A stretch of 64,000 nucleotides of DNA. Source: the human T2T-CHM13v2.0 reference genome, Homo sapiens. Below, one piece after another: positions 12,989 to 27,330 of this stretch. The stretch lies in assembly GCF_009914755.1 (NCBI RefSeq), contig NC_060929.1; one strand, written 5' to 3'. A model generated the notes under the pieces. That model did no database searches. It was not told the origin of the DNA and saw only the letters and a program-made list of their open reading frames with translations. Positions within the stretch are counted from its first letter, which is position 1. Every line of letters begins with the position of its first letter. The translations under genes were made by a program, and so were the position numbers.

Positions 12989-15900
12989 CTGAGAATAAAA
13001 TAGAGAAATGTATGTTACTGAAAGAGTTTAGGTAAAGGAAATGTATTAAATGTGCAGATATTGTCTCCTTTCATTTTTTCATTACATTATTTTAAGTACT
13101 TTCAGTTATATATCAATGAAACTAATTTATAGTAGTTAGGGTGTAGTTAGTAGTAATAATAATAGTAGATAGATTCGATATAATTGTCTCCAATGTATAG
13201 AAATGGAAGGTCTTCTATTATTGAGCCTAACAACAAAAGTATTGTTCCTTTTTGGATAAGTTAAATGTTTTGGGTAAGAAAGAGGCTTCATGTTTTCAAA
13301 CCCCTGTTCTTTCTTCCCACCTACTAAGTTACCTTAGAGTAATTATTTTCTTCAAAGTTTTAACCTCAGGTAGCATTTGAGTGAGCAGATAAAATTTCCA
13401 GGATAGGAAATCTTTAGTTGATACTAATTTATGAAAAGCCAGCAAAGAGTTAGAGAAGGTGGGAACAAGGAACAAAGGAAAATTAACAGAAAGAGAACAG
13501 CGTAAGAAAGAAAATAAGATTTAAAAATTCTTTCATGTGGTTTTGTAAAATATATATATATATACACTAATATCCATTATGATAAATTTCCTAGTCAAGG
13601 AAGTTTGAAGTAGATTCCATTAGAAACAGAATACAAATGAGCACTGAATTTAGAAAAAAAATAAGTTTTAAGGATGTAATAACTTGGTAAAGAATATTAA
13701 AAGATAAGAGCATAAACAGTACAATAAAAAGCCTACATGGTGCAATCAGTTCCTTCTGATTGACCTTTAAAGATGTATTATAGAAGGTACACTTACACTG
13801 AAGATGTAGACTCATCAACTAAGATTATTTTGTTAATTTTTTTCTTTTACTTTTTTCAATTTTAGCAGGTTTTTTGCTTCTTTTGGTTTTGTGTGTGTGT
13901 GTGCACATGCGTGTGTTTGTCTGTTTACTTTTTTCATTTATATGTTTAGTTTGCCAGTAGGGAAAGAATGGATGAAATCATGTCAACTAAAGACCTGCAG
14001 ATAAGCAGAGATTGGAGCTTGGCTAAAATAGGGATTCTTTGCTGAAGCCACAAGTTTCCCTACAACCTGAGAGGAAGAGCAGCCACACTTCCTGAGTTCC
14101 ATCTGAAGAGGCACAAGATGCACTAGTGCATTACTAGGGCAATGACCTCAACAGCCCTGTTAGGCTCACCTTAAAACAAACACTGTTTTGGAGTGCAGGC
14201 TTTGCATTAGACACTCAGTAATTAAGGACACAGTTTCCGCTTTCCCAGGTTGTTTATCTCTCAGATATCCTATTTCTCAATCTCTACATGTTTCTTTCTG
14301 GCAATTGAGTCATGCTTTAGCATGAAAATATGTGTTGAAATAGGTTCAAAATACCAAAATTTACCCACAGGCTAAGAATAAAATGTGGAAGAAAGGTAAT
14401 TCTTGGGGAAAAACCTGGCAGAATATACACTGCTTTTCAGTATTCCTTGAAGAGCTACCTGCTTGGGAAGCATAATGGAAGCTGCGAGGCGCTTTTCAAG
14501 AAAGTTGAGTATTCTGAGATTTGATGAGGAACACATGACTATGTTATTAAACCATCCCAACTAAATATTAAGATCAGGCTGTAAATTGCAGGTAGCTGAC
14601 AATGACTGAGTGACAACATGGAAAAGCTGAAACCAAAATTCTGTTTTCTTGCCATCTCTTCAGTTTTCTTGATTATCCCCTAGACTAATGACTAAAATAC
14701 CATAAACCATGCTTTTGTTCTGCTATATATGGCTAATAACAGCAGTGTGGATTTAAATTATAAAATGCACTATGTTCAGGGAACATGACATTTGTTTGAA
14801 CTATTCTGGGGTTCAGGGCCACAGCTTATATTTGGAAATATTTACTAATATAAGGACAGTGAGACAGTATTCTAATGTGCCCTGTCGACCTTTTAAGACT
14901 TTGCATAAACTAGGATGCATACGAGTGCTAGGGTTGGAATAAACCAGGTTTGAAGGTGGTGAAATTGCTGATTCAGGCTAGTTTCTAGGAAGATGGGGTT
15001 TGGATATACCCAGTGAAAGTAACAGCTCTCTGGAGTTGTAAAATTGGAGACTATATTTGTATATTCATGAACTAGAACAAATTGGCCTAAATGTCATATT
15101 GGTTCAAAGACTTTTAGGTACCACTAAATTAGGAAAAAAGATTACTCCATGTAGTAAAAGAATGCTAACTATACTTCAACACTGGGATCCAGGGCTGAAG
15201 TCCTAGCTGATTCTATTATGCTACCTTTCCATACTTTATATTTTTAGATACTTCCAGGGGAAGACAGATAGTTGAGCTTTGACAGGCTTCACTACATTTG
15301 GTACTATCAAAATCTCATCATGACTTCCAAAAAGTTCTTGTTCTTTACCAATTAAATTTCTGCATACTTTCTACTAAGAGATTTTACATTGATAAATATT
15401 ATGGAAGCTTTCAGCAACCACTCAGAATATTTGATCCACTACTGAGAAACACTATAGACCATCACTCATCTTTCTCTTTCTCGGGTGGCAAGTAATCAGC
15501 AACTTATTAGCAGTCACAAACTTCCAGTGTACACTTTTGCTGTCTCCTCTGTCCTGGCATCAAGAGCGAAACACATAAAGTCAGCAGGTTTTTGTGCATT
15601 GAACTAATCAGTAATCTTGAGGGCCTTTTACAACTTTGTAGTAGTAAATCAACCAGCACCCATAAAGACAGCAGCAGGGACTTTGCTGATGAATTGTTCT
15701 GAAGACTCAGGCTCATGCACTATAGGTGGCTCATGTAGTCAATGGCAGAAAAATTTATCTTTGGTTCAATTTAAAATAGAGAATAAAACAGTCTTTTCAT
15801 CTACATGCAGTTGTAAGTCTTCTAAGAAAAGATAATTATTCTTCTTAGGAAAAACCATTAAGTAAACCATATGGAGAAATAATATAATAGGACATTTATA

Positions 15901-16689
15901 AAAATACACACCATTTTATAAGCCTTTCAGACCTATTAAATAACTATAATATCCATAATGTACAGATGTCTTTAAATACTACTCAAGTAAAAATTATTTC
16001 TGTAAGCAATATTCAATTTAGATGAATTATAGGGAATTTTTATTTTACCAAGGAAGATTTAAAAGGACCCAACTTATTAATTTTATAAATATCTTCAAGA
16101 TATAATACATACTTAAAAGTTACATTAATGTTAAAGGGGCATTAAAAACAAATTAGCTAACCTAAACTGCTTCAAGACAACTAGAAAAGAAAAAAAAGTA
16201 AATGTTCAGTGATTCTTTGCTTTCCTTAAAGCCTTGATTTAAATCCTAGGCCTTGGGTCAGCGCTGCTGACACCAGCCAAAATCAGCTTAGTTATCTCAA
16301 AACAGTTGGAGAATCAAGAGGCCTTCCGTGTGAATACTTGCAATTCAATGTATTGGTATGTTGAAAAGTAAAATGCTTGTTAATCTTCACATTAGACACA
16401 AGAATGGTCACTTCCACATAATAATTTAAGTAATTATCAAAACTAATGAGAAAAATGTGTTATCTTCAATATTGAAAGCAGGTATGACTAGTATATATTT
16501 CCAGAGCACAATGTCTTAGAAAAAAAAAGAAAAAAGTGTTTAAAGTTGAATATCTTGGGAGCACTTTAAGTCACAAGATTCTGTGAGCATTTCCTCAGAA
16601 TCTGTAGGCCTTCTTTACATATTTTTTAAAAACTCAATAAAACATGTTCACTGAAATTTTGTGTGTTTAGTATTATTTTTTGCTCATTG

Positions 16690-16885
16690 GGAAGAAAAAG
16701 AGAAAGGGAGGAAAAAAGGAAGGAAGGAGGCAGGAAGGGAAGGAAGGAAATGAACTCAAAAGGTGGGAGGGAAGAAAGGACAGAAAAAGGGAAAGGAAAA
16801 GAGAGATTAAGGAAAGAGGAGGGGAAGGGCAGATGGGGCAGGGGAGGGAAAAATGAAATGCATAAGGAAAAGGAAACTGAAAGGA
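16690..16885. repeat. GA-rich low-complexity tract
   Basis: Purine-rich ggaa/gaaa repeats. Confidence 0.85.
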
Positions 16886-18011
16886 AATGTATATGGTGTT
16901 ATCTAGTCCTTCACCAAGTTAAAGGCAAATGGAGGGAAAAAAGTTAAGAAAGAATATACATGACTAAAATAATCAAAGAATGATACTAGTTTCTGCTTTT
17001 GGAGAGACCAAGATATATAAATACAAGAATTTATTATATTCACCACATTGGAACAATTACAAAGACATAAAAATAAAATGACTCTGTGAGTGCAGAAGGG
17101 ATGCAATGAGGGACACAGGAGTGAACCATTAGATCATGGCAATGGTGAAGCAAGCCATTCTGCTATTGATGGAGCCTTGAGAATAGCATCCACATTCTGT
17201 CACAGCAGACAGTCGGGCTTTAGGAGTTTTAGGAAAAGTTACAACAATTTTCATGTTTCCTGGGGAATTAGTGCAAAGCAGAGTCCGACGTAGTTAATAT
17301 GGCGACAGATTGCATTTCCCAAATACCAGCACGATAATATGGTTCACTAATCACCACAAAATACTGGGTTTTTCATAATGATAATTATCTAACTCAAATA
17401 ACTAGTCTTTATTATGAGATTGAGACCTTCTTGAGTTTTGGTTTAATGATGGTAACAGTAAAATATTTTAATTCGTTTGTTTCCAAGCAAAAGAAATGTG
17501 GATGATATTCTGTGGCTTGTATATATCTTTAAACCTCCTTACTTGGTGAGATAAAAAGTAGGCAACCGTTTGTGCATCTCCATATTATTTTTAAGTTTTA
17601 TGGATCCTAAAATCCCATGTCCTGGAGCTATGGATATAGAACATCAACCCACACTCTCAGAGGCTGGGACCACAATAACTTAGAAACGTGGAGGACTATT
17701 ATAAGAGCTATGAATTTAGAGAGATAAATAAAGAAATTCAGGCAACTGATATAATTCACTAATAATGTGGTAGGCTGGCCTTTTGAACTAAAACATGTGC
17801 TTTAAATTGAGGAATAGAAGCAGGAAGGAAGTGGACTTGGGGGATACAAGACCATTTTCAAGGCTGCCTCTTGTGGCTCTGGAAAGCATATGACTTTCTT
17901 TCAGCTACATTATGTTTATTATTGTAAAAATAATTTTAAAATTACAGGATTGAGAAATCTAAGAACATAATGCTGAAGTTATTAACTATTCCTCAAGTTA
18001 TTAATACTGAC

Positions 18012-18100
18012 CTTTGAAATTAAATGTTCCCCTTTGTTCCTTTTCCTCTCGAAAGAAACAAGAATAACTTCCCATTTGTTTGCTATTAATGATGGTGAAC
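18012..18100 (-). CDS. EMB: Embigin exon 4 (FTIINSKQMGSYSCFFREEKEQRGTFNFK)
   Basis: 89 nt; acceptor tctttag|G; donor AAG|GTCAGT; GSYSC Ig F-strand motif; 231-nt intron to exon 3. Confidence 0.97.
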
Positions 18101-18331
18101 CTAAAGATAATTCAAGTTATTAATATAGGCTTAGTTCTCAAAACCTTAATGAAAATGAAAAGACTTAGCCATTAATAAAAATTTAAAAAGAGAAATAATT
18201 CTGTAAATATGCAAATTAGAATATTAGCATAACATTCAAGTGGCTGCAGAGGAAAGAATGCTCAGTCAGCAAAAATATTTAGAATTAAGCTACTTTTGGT
18301 GAGCAAGGTAGGTTAAAATTTGTATACTCAC

Positions 18332-18518
18332 CTGTATTGGGTATACAAGGTGCTTCCTGTTGCACTGACAAGATAATTATTCTCAAGTTGTTCACCATCT
18401 TTTTTCCAAGTCACATTTACTGCATTCAAATCCCCAGATGTTGTGAACTGGCATGTGAGATTTACATTAGAAGGCCTTTCTAAAGTGATATTTTTTTCTA
18501 CTGGCATACTAGAATGTT
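18332..18518 (-). CDS. EMB: Embigin exon 3 (first Ig domain, EHSSMPVEKNITLERPSNVNLTCQF...TQYR)
   Basis: 187 nt; acceptor ctaatag|AA; donor CAG|GTGAGT; Ig Cys and Trp motifs (LTC...VTW). Confidence 0.97.
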
Positions 18519-19350
18519 CTATTAGCACAAAAGAGGACAAAATGTGAAAGTTATATTCAGAGGAATCTAACACATAAAACCTTTTATATTATTAACAGCA
18601 GTGTTTCATTGACAATTTCTTAATGTAACATTCATTTGAAGAATTATTCCTCTATCAACATAGTTGGTTCCCTTTCTTATTCCCTTTTATATGCACACCT
18701 AAAGAAAAGTTTTGATTCAACATTAACACAATTAAAAAAAACCTAAAGCTGTGATAGTTATCTCCTTAAGCTCTATACTGAGCAGAATATAGGGTAGAGA
18801 GTATGTGCCGTATGCTCTGACAGTGTAAAAACAGCACAACTGTAAATACAAACACACACTCATGGGTGAGAATGGAATGCCTGTTTCAATAATTTTGAGT
18901 AATCATGTTGTTAGTAGTTATTAAGTTTTATGGATCTAATAACTACTAGAGAATGTTTTGTGTGTAACATGGATTTGAGTGATATATTATATTCTAACCA
19001 TTCCTAGTCTTCTTCAGAACCTGTAAGGACTGGATATAGACATAGGTACAAGACAGAGAATTTAAATAAGCATCCAGTAGTTCTGAATTTTGACTGAATT
19101 TCAATATCAGTATGAATTCATGAGGTGTTTATCCTTCTTTTTGACTTTCAAAATAGATATTTATTTTGGATTGATTGATTATCATAAGAACACTTAACAT
19201 TAGACCTTCCCTCTTAGCAAATTTTTTAAACTTGTACCTAAAAAGTAGTCTGAAAGGTTCTCAATTACTCTTCCCATCTACAGGTGGGAAGAGAAGGAGC
19301 TAACCCTTAGAGAAGCTTTAGGGAAGTTGAGGTGTTTATCTTGAAAACAA

Positions 19351-19405
19351 TACACACACACACACCACACACACACACACAGACACACACACACACACAC
19401 ACACA
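19351..19405. repeat. (CA)n microsatellite
   Basis: Direct reading. Confidence 0.95.
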
Positions 19406-19900
19406 CTGAAGGGGTCCAGAATATGCCTGGATAGCATACAAATTATTTTGAGCAGAAGGCATTTGAGTTCCTAAAATAGCTACTCTGACTAAAAGCAGAG
19501 CCTTTCAAAGGAACTCCAAAAAACCTCCATTGTCATAAATCCCCTCCCTAGGAGCAATAGGGAGAATGGAGTCATCACTGAACATGAGAAATCTTCACAC
19601 CACACCTAAACAGACACTGTCACAAAACTATATCTTCCACCTGTTACCTAAAGGGCTCATTTATCTTTCCTAAAACTCATTTCGTTTTTCCATAAGCTGC
19701 CTTTCTCTCCTCCTCTCCTTACCCTACTAAGATGGTGTATAAGCCCCCACTTTTAACTGGCCCTTTGAGCTACATGTTTTGGTAATTTTGTCCATATGTT
19801 ATTAAATACGCTTTTTGTTTTGCTAATCTATCTTTTGTCAGTTTAATTCGCGGAGCCTGAAATTGTAGAGAATTGCAGAGAAAAAGTTCCTCCCTGACAG
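19406..19900 (+). mobile_element. ERV1-type LTR (MER34-like) with a short internal stub
   Basis: Starts tgaaggggtccagaatatgcc; TATA- and polyA-like motifs; ends ...ctgaca followed by PBS-like tttggc and a CAGGTAAGT donor at 19991-19999. Subfamily uncertain. Confidence 0.6.
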
Positions 19901-20674
19901 TTTGGCAAGGAATATGGAATGGTTAGGACTCCCCACCCTTCCACTCCAACCCCATTTCTAAAGCCTGAGATTTCAGGACCTCTGACCCAGCAGGTAAGTA
20001 CAAGCTTTTTTTTTTTTTACACCAGTATCCCAGAAATCTGGGATTTCTGGGATACTGGTGTAAAAAAAAAGGGTGCACTAGAGCAAGAGCAGTAAGAGCC
20101 TCTACTTGTCTTTTCTTTCTTCAGTTTAACCCTCAAGTTCCCAACCACTAACTATCCAACAATACACACATACATACACACGCGCCCACGCGCACACACA
20201 CACACTTAGGGAAAACACAAAAAAACTAACTTTAATTTTGAACAGTGGCAAATAAAGAAAAAATATTAAGCATGTACCTTGTTTGTCCTACACTAACTGT
20301 ATCACTGGCTAACCAAACAGTAGAGAAAATAAACGTTCTCTTTATAGAAAAATCCCAGCAAATGAATAAAAAAGAAATCATACAAATATACCATAATGAT
20401 GCTGCAACCCCTAGTGAATCATGGATCTAGGCATTTTGCATCAACTGCTGCAATAATTTCAAAAACAGAATTATGTCTCTCTTGAGGAAGAATACCCCAC
20501 TACCTAGGATATAGTCTTGTTAAAAAAAGGTGCTGGAGGAGGTTCTTGAAACTGGTTAAGTCTCTGGATCCAATTCCCAGTTTACAGGAAACATGGATTA
20601 TAGAAGAACACATTAACCTACATTTCATGAAAGTAATCAACAAAATCCAGATTCTGGGAAAATTCTACAAATAA

Positions 20675-20995
<321 letters not shown>

Positions 20996-21361
20996 TAGAT
21001 AAATTTTAAAAGGGAGAGAGATGTCTTTGTATCGGACGTCAGGTGCTATGTTTGGGGCAACTGAAGATTATAAGATACTCAAAAAATACTATTAAAAGAA
21101 AAGCAAAACTGAACTGTAATATTTAGGGATGCATACCTGGGTAATAAAGCAATACAGAAAAGCAAGAAAGTGACTGCATAAAAATCAGAATAGTGGTAAT
21201 TACTCTTAAGGGGAAGAGAAGGAGTTGTGTTTGGAAGACGGTAGTATATCATATAAACAAATTTCTCAAGCTCTTCTCATTCTCAATAATGGTATAGTAT
21301 GATGAAATGTAGAATGCAGAGCCAAAATGTAGAAAGAAAAATAATACAACTCAAATAAAAT

Positions 21362-21673
21362 GGTCAGGTGCAATGGTTCATGCCTGTGATCCCAGTAATT
21401 TGGGAGACTGAGGTGTGTGGGATTGCTTGAGCACAGGCATTCCAGACCAGCCTGGCCAACATGGTGAGACCTCATCTCCACAAAAAAAAAGAAAAAATTA
21501 GCCAGGCTTGGTAGTGCATGCCTGTGGTCCCATCTAGTCTTAGGTAGAGGTGGGAAGATCTCTTGAGCCCGAGAGTTGAGGCTGCAGTGAGCTAAGGTGG
21601 CACTACTGCACGCCAGGCAAGGTGATAAAGCAGGGCCCTGTCTCAGGCAAAAAAAAAAAAAAAAAAAAAAAAA
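21362..21673 (+). mobile_element. Alu (J-like)
   Basis: Dimeric Alu with long poly-A. Confidence 0.9.
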
Positions 21674-23829
21674 ATTCTATCACTTTTAATTACATTTGAA
21701 ACTTTACGAAATGCTTCCATAAGCAAGGACCAGATGCAAGGTTTGCAGATAGTGAAGTACAGCTCGTGCAAAGTGCTTTGTGAGCACATGCTTGAAATAA
21801 CTGCTTGTAAAATTGCAAAATTGCTGAATTGAATTTAATGCTCAAAAAGAAAAATAATATTTGATGTCTCTAGAATACATATATTGCCAGAGACTACCTT
21901 ATTCCTTGCAGTTCCCTTTACTGTGCTCTATTTCACTATCCTAGTATATTTTAAACATTTTGCTAGCCACACCAAATTATTCCAACTACCTTTGAAATGT
22001 TGGTGCCCATCAGGATTTTGCTCTCTGGTCTCTTTACTTCTCAATTTGGCACTTCTTTGTTGGATTCAACTATTAACTCTAATGCTCTTTACTTGCAAAA
22101 TTAGAACCTCCACTGAAGTCGTTTTTTTATTTTACAGCTCCAGGTGTCTACGGAGCATCTAAATCTGGATATCCCATGGGAACTTCAAACTCAAAATATC
22201 CAAGAGATCCATTAATATTCCCTTGTGCTGACCTATAACACTGAATCACATGCAGTAGTATTTAGTTGATTCTACCGCTAAAATGTCAAACAAATTTGCC
22301 CAGTTTTATCCAACCCTCCTATTATTGGCCTTCATTATCTTTCACCAAGACCAGGTAAATTATCTAATTTCTCTTGGCCAGCTTCTCTTGCTCCAACCAA
22401 AGGACAACTTTGGTTGGAGCAATTTAAGCAAAACTCAAATTGTTTAACTGCCTTGATTCTATACCTTGCATGTGCAAATCAAAGTATCTTTGTATTAGAC
22501 ATCAGTTTCCTTATTTGTAAGGTGGGACAATAATATTCCATGAGATTGTAAAAAGTTCTATCATAAGAAATGTCAACAGTAATATAATATAGCAATTAAT
22601 AAATGCCCACTTACTTCTTCTCACCATTATCTCACTGGGGAATATTATAAAAACTATCATATATGGTGCTAAGGGTTATATGTTGATTAAATAATTTAAT
22701 CTTCACAACAGCTTTATGAGGTAAGTATCACTGCTACAATTCCAACTTTAGAGATGAGGCAAAGAGAGGCTATTTTGTCTAAGATTACACATCAAGACAA
22801 AGGCAACACTGAATCTCAGATTTAGGTATGCCTGAGTCCAGACTGTGATAACCAACAGAATATACCAACTCTCAAACATATTAAATTCTCATTACAATGG
22901 AATTAACTTCATCACCTTCAAACTGTTGAAACAAGATTTTAAATAAAAGAAAATATTAATAGAAGATTAAAGAAATGTACAGTGTAGCTATATACCAATA
23001 TGAATGCGATGATAAAATGAACAGTGCAATCAAAATATTTTAAAAATACACATTTTCAACTAAACATAGTTTTACATAACTTAAAGTGCAACACAGTTTT
23101 TCTTAATGGTAGGCCATCCTCCAAGCCCTAATCGTTGTCTCACTGTTTCCTATAATACTTTGCAGGTGCTTCTGCAGTTTGCTGTGCTTCTGCAGTTTGC
23201 TTTCCTTCCTGTCAAGAAATCACAGCATCAAAAACATGCAAAAAGCTCTACCTTTTTACATATTTTGTGGTTAGCCAACAAACTAATGTGAGCTCAGTCA
23301 ACGATGTTTCAACTTCCTTAATACTGCACAACTGCAATGCATTTTTGCTGCTTTAGAGTGCTGCAAAAACATCTATGACATCTGCATTTCTAAAACGATA
23401 ACAATTTGTTGTTTTTGAAACGTATTTTCAAGACTGTTCTTAAAACCATATAGTAATTTATACCTGTCTAAATAATTTCTTATTTTCATAGGTAACATTT
23501 TTAAAGTATATGGGCCTTTCAACAATTTGCAGTCTTCAGAGAAATGACATTTAGATTTTCTTGGGTCTATTCAGGACCCAATCTTGTAAACCATTTCACT
23601 AGAAATAAAAGTCTGCTTTGTTCTTTATTAAGAAAAAGAAAATATGGAAGAAGCCAATTAAAATTTATTGCATAGGATAGTGTTTCCAAACATGCTTTAA
23701 AGATAGAAACCCTTACTAAACACAGTTAAGTGAACTGTGACATATACGACGGATTCGATGGGACAACTCTGACAGAAGCCAAGATAGAAAATACAGAGCC
23801 CTATCAGCCTGACTTTTCATTATTCATAA

Positions 23830-24270
23830 TGAGGTAGCAGGTGGAATGTGACTCTGGACCAGATTGAAGACTGACAGAAACAAGGAAGAGGCAACGAAAG
23901 ATCCTCTCCGTAAGACACACCCACCAGCACCATGACAGTTTACCATTGCCATGGCTACACCCAGAAGTTACCATCCCTTTCCATGGCAATGACCCAGAAG
24001 TTACCTTCTGTTTTCTAGAAATTTCTGAATACCTTGTCCCTTAATTTGCACATAATTAAAAGTAGTATAAACATGGCTGCAGAACTGGCCCTGAGCTGCT
24101 ACTCTTGACACACTGCCCAGGGGTACCCCTGCTCTGAAGGAGAAGTCACAGAGCTGTAACAACCCTGCCTCAATAAAGCTGATTTTTCTACCACCAGCTC
24201 ACTCTTGAATTCTTTCCTGAGCCAACCTTCTCGGGCTAAACCCCAATGTTCGGATTCACCTGCCCTGTAA
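23830..24270 (+). mobile_element. Solo LTR (MER41-like)
   Basis: Repeated ccatggcaa...ccagaagttacc motifs, TATA and AATAAA. Subfamily uncertain. Confidence 0.6.
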
Positions 24271-26650
24271 TAATTTCACCATAAAAGTCAATAAAGCTTC
24301 ATGATGCAACCCAAAATGTCTATTAAACATCCAGAATCCTTACAGAAACAGAAGGCCACACTAACATGAGGCCAACACCCCTATATAAAAATGATACAAT
24401 GGATCTTATTTTTATCATTAATGTTGTGCGTCTTAAACATATGGAGTTAACTTATGAATAAGAATAAAATTCTCAAAGTTTATATCCAAAATTTATAAAA
24501 CATAATACTAATCCCTTGATTCTTGTAATTTCACTTCTCTCCCAAATAAGTCTCATATGGATTGAAGAATCATGATGGTTTATTAAGTGATCCTATCAAC
24601 AAGTTATTTACATGCCATCTGATTAGTGCCACACCAATGTGATACAGCCTAAAACACACGTGCTTCCTGAATCCCATAAACTTAAAATGTGAAATCACCA
24701 ATGTGCACAGAGAAACCTGAAATTATATAAACCCAACTTGAGTAAAATGTAGTACATATACCTTGATATACTTTTTTATATGTATATAAAATCTCCAAGT
24801 AATCCCTGGAGACTCCCTCAAGACCTATGAACTATGTGGCTGGTGTTATATGAGCTGAGCCTATTTTCAAACTTTTAGAATTTTTTTTACACAGACATCC
24901 TCAAAAGAAAGAGAAATACCAGAAAACATGAATGGCTTCTACACAAATGAAGCCAGGTTTTCCAAAATAATTCATCAAAGATTTGGCAATATTTTGGAAA
25001 ATATGTTAAAATTATTTAAGAGGAGATGCTAGTTGAATTTCACTAAACAAAGCTCCTATCAGTCACTGTTTTCCTCCACTTCATTTAGTAACAGAAATTA
25101 AGGCATGTAATGGTTATTTCTCTACTTTCTAAACTGATTTAACATCATTTCAAAGAAAAACAAAAACAATTCTGTTTGAATTCCAGAATTGCATGTCTCT
25201 TGTTTCAACAATGCAGTATTTAATTTGAGACAATAACATTGGGTAATAATCCAATAATTAAATATATTTTTCTACAACATAGAGAACACTGCAACTATTG
25301 TTTACATCAATTACAGGAAAACTATAGTAAATGGTTACACTGTTTTAGTAACCAAATACATTTGTTGCCACTGTTTCCAAATAATTAACATGAAGTTAAT
25401 CCAACACTATAGTGGGGACCACTGATCATATTTTTGGACAACCAGAATCCGAACACCCTTCCCATCCGTGTAAGGTTTGGTGATAGGCAAAGTACTCACT
25501 CACTGCGGAAACCTAAGAACAGATATTTCTTCTCTCTGCCCAGCTGAGCACTAGGGTTTGGCCACTTTAATTATAACCTTCTACTCATGGCTGTAAAGTT
25601 AGAGGGAGGGAGTTAGGGACCTAGGCAGAACTGAAAATTAATCACAATAGCAATGGCAAGTGTCTAGCAGTGATTGTGCCTCATTATTCTTTCACTCACT
25701 CATTTAACACTTATTTACCGAACACCTACCATGTGCTTTTCATTTATCCACTCGTTCAACAATTTTACTAAAAATATATCACGTGCCTTTATTCTAGGCC
25801 CTAGTATCAAGAGTCCAGTGCCTGCAGAAATATCTTAAGCAGACTCTTCCAGTAATCCTTGCTGTCTGTCAGCCTGAGGTCCTTGGCATTGCCAGAACTT
25901 GATTTCCAGTTTTCTCATCAATTCTGCTAGCCAAAATCCTTTATTCAACAAATTATTTCCTGCTTAACTGGCTATAGACTGTTTCTGGGCTTGAGATCAT
26001 TAACCTAATCCATATACACCTATCAAGATTTACACTAGATACTTCATCTATGCACTCCTTCCATTTTATTAAAATTACATAGCACTGATGTCACTTGGCA
26101 GCTCACAAATATCTAGAACATATGATAATACTTGGTCCCCAGAATGAATTCTGCAAAGTGGTAATCATAGTACCAGTTCAGCACATTTGAAAGACAATAC
26201 CTGAGGTTACACAGGGGACAAGATCCAGGCTGAGGTAGCAGTCCAGGACTCAGATCAGCCAGTCCCTGGCCCTGTATGCTCCCCTCCATGGCCAGTCCTG
26301 CCCTTTTGTTCTTGTAGCTATAAATCACACTTTAGTATTTTTTCCATCTCTTCTACATTTACAAATCAAAATCATCTCAAGCCATAACAACTTGCCTCCA
26401 ATCTTTATATCTAATTTCTGCCTTCTCTACCTTGATAAAAAGCTTTCATTTATTTTGAACCATTTTGCACATATCCACTTCAATATAATGGAAGAAAGGA
26501 ACAGCAAATGACAATGTCATATCATTTGATTCCCCAGTACAAGAACCATTTAAATTTTGAAATGGATTATTCTAATGGATTTCAAAATTATTTTAGTAGC
26601 AGAATTGTTTCAGAAATAAATCACAGGAAAACTTAAACAGAACCCCCACT

Positions 26651-26651
<1 letters not shown>

Positions 26652-26705
<54 letters not shown>
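26652..26705. repeat. (CA)n microsatellite
   Basis: Direct reading; long uninterrupted run. Confidence 0.97.
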
Positions 26706-26707
<2 letters not shown>

Positions 26708-26850
26708 TAACTGTATAAAACTGATAAAAAGTGTTGCTACAATTAGTGAAGACTGGAGAGGGTGTGGAAAGCATTCAAGATTGGCCTCTTCATCCCTTCA
26801 TCTCCTTTCCCCATCATGGTTGCATCACATGGAACAAAGGACTTAAAAGT

Positions 26851-27330
26851 GACACATGCACACGTATGTTCATTGCAGCACTATTCACGACAGCAAAGAC
26901 ATAGAATTAACCCAAATGCCCATCAATGATAGACTGGATAAAGAAAATGTGGTGCATATACACGATGGAATACTATGCAGCCACAAAAAGGAACAAGATC
27001 ATGTCCTTTGCAGGGACATGGACGAAGCTGGAAGTCATTATCCTCAGCAAACTAACACAGGAACAGAAAACCAAATACCGCATGTTCTCACTTATAAGTG
27101 GGAGCTGAACAATAAGAACACATGGACACAGGGAGGGGAACAACACACATAGGGGCTTGTCGATGGAGGCAGGGGTGCAGAGCATTAGGGAAAAGAGCTA
27201 ATGCATGCCGGGCTTACTGTCTAGGTGATGGATTGATAGGTGCAGCAAACCACCATGGCACACGTTTACCTATGTAACAAACCTGTACATCCGGCACATG
27301 TACCCCAGAATTTAAAAAATAAAATACAAT
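26851..27330 (+). mobile_element. 5'-truncated L1PA 3' end
   Basis: ORF2 C-terminal peptide and 3'UTR; flanked by taaaagtgac / taaaagtaac. Confidence 0.9.

Noticed and set aside
23166-23201. Perfect 18-bp tandem duplication (also a ~30-bp one at 1435-1488 and a 17-bp one at 45368-45404)
   Set aside because: Ordinary slippage-type duplications with two units only; not an array or CRISPR-like structure.
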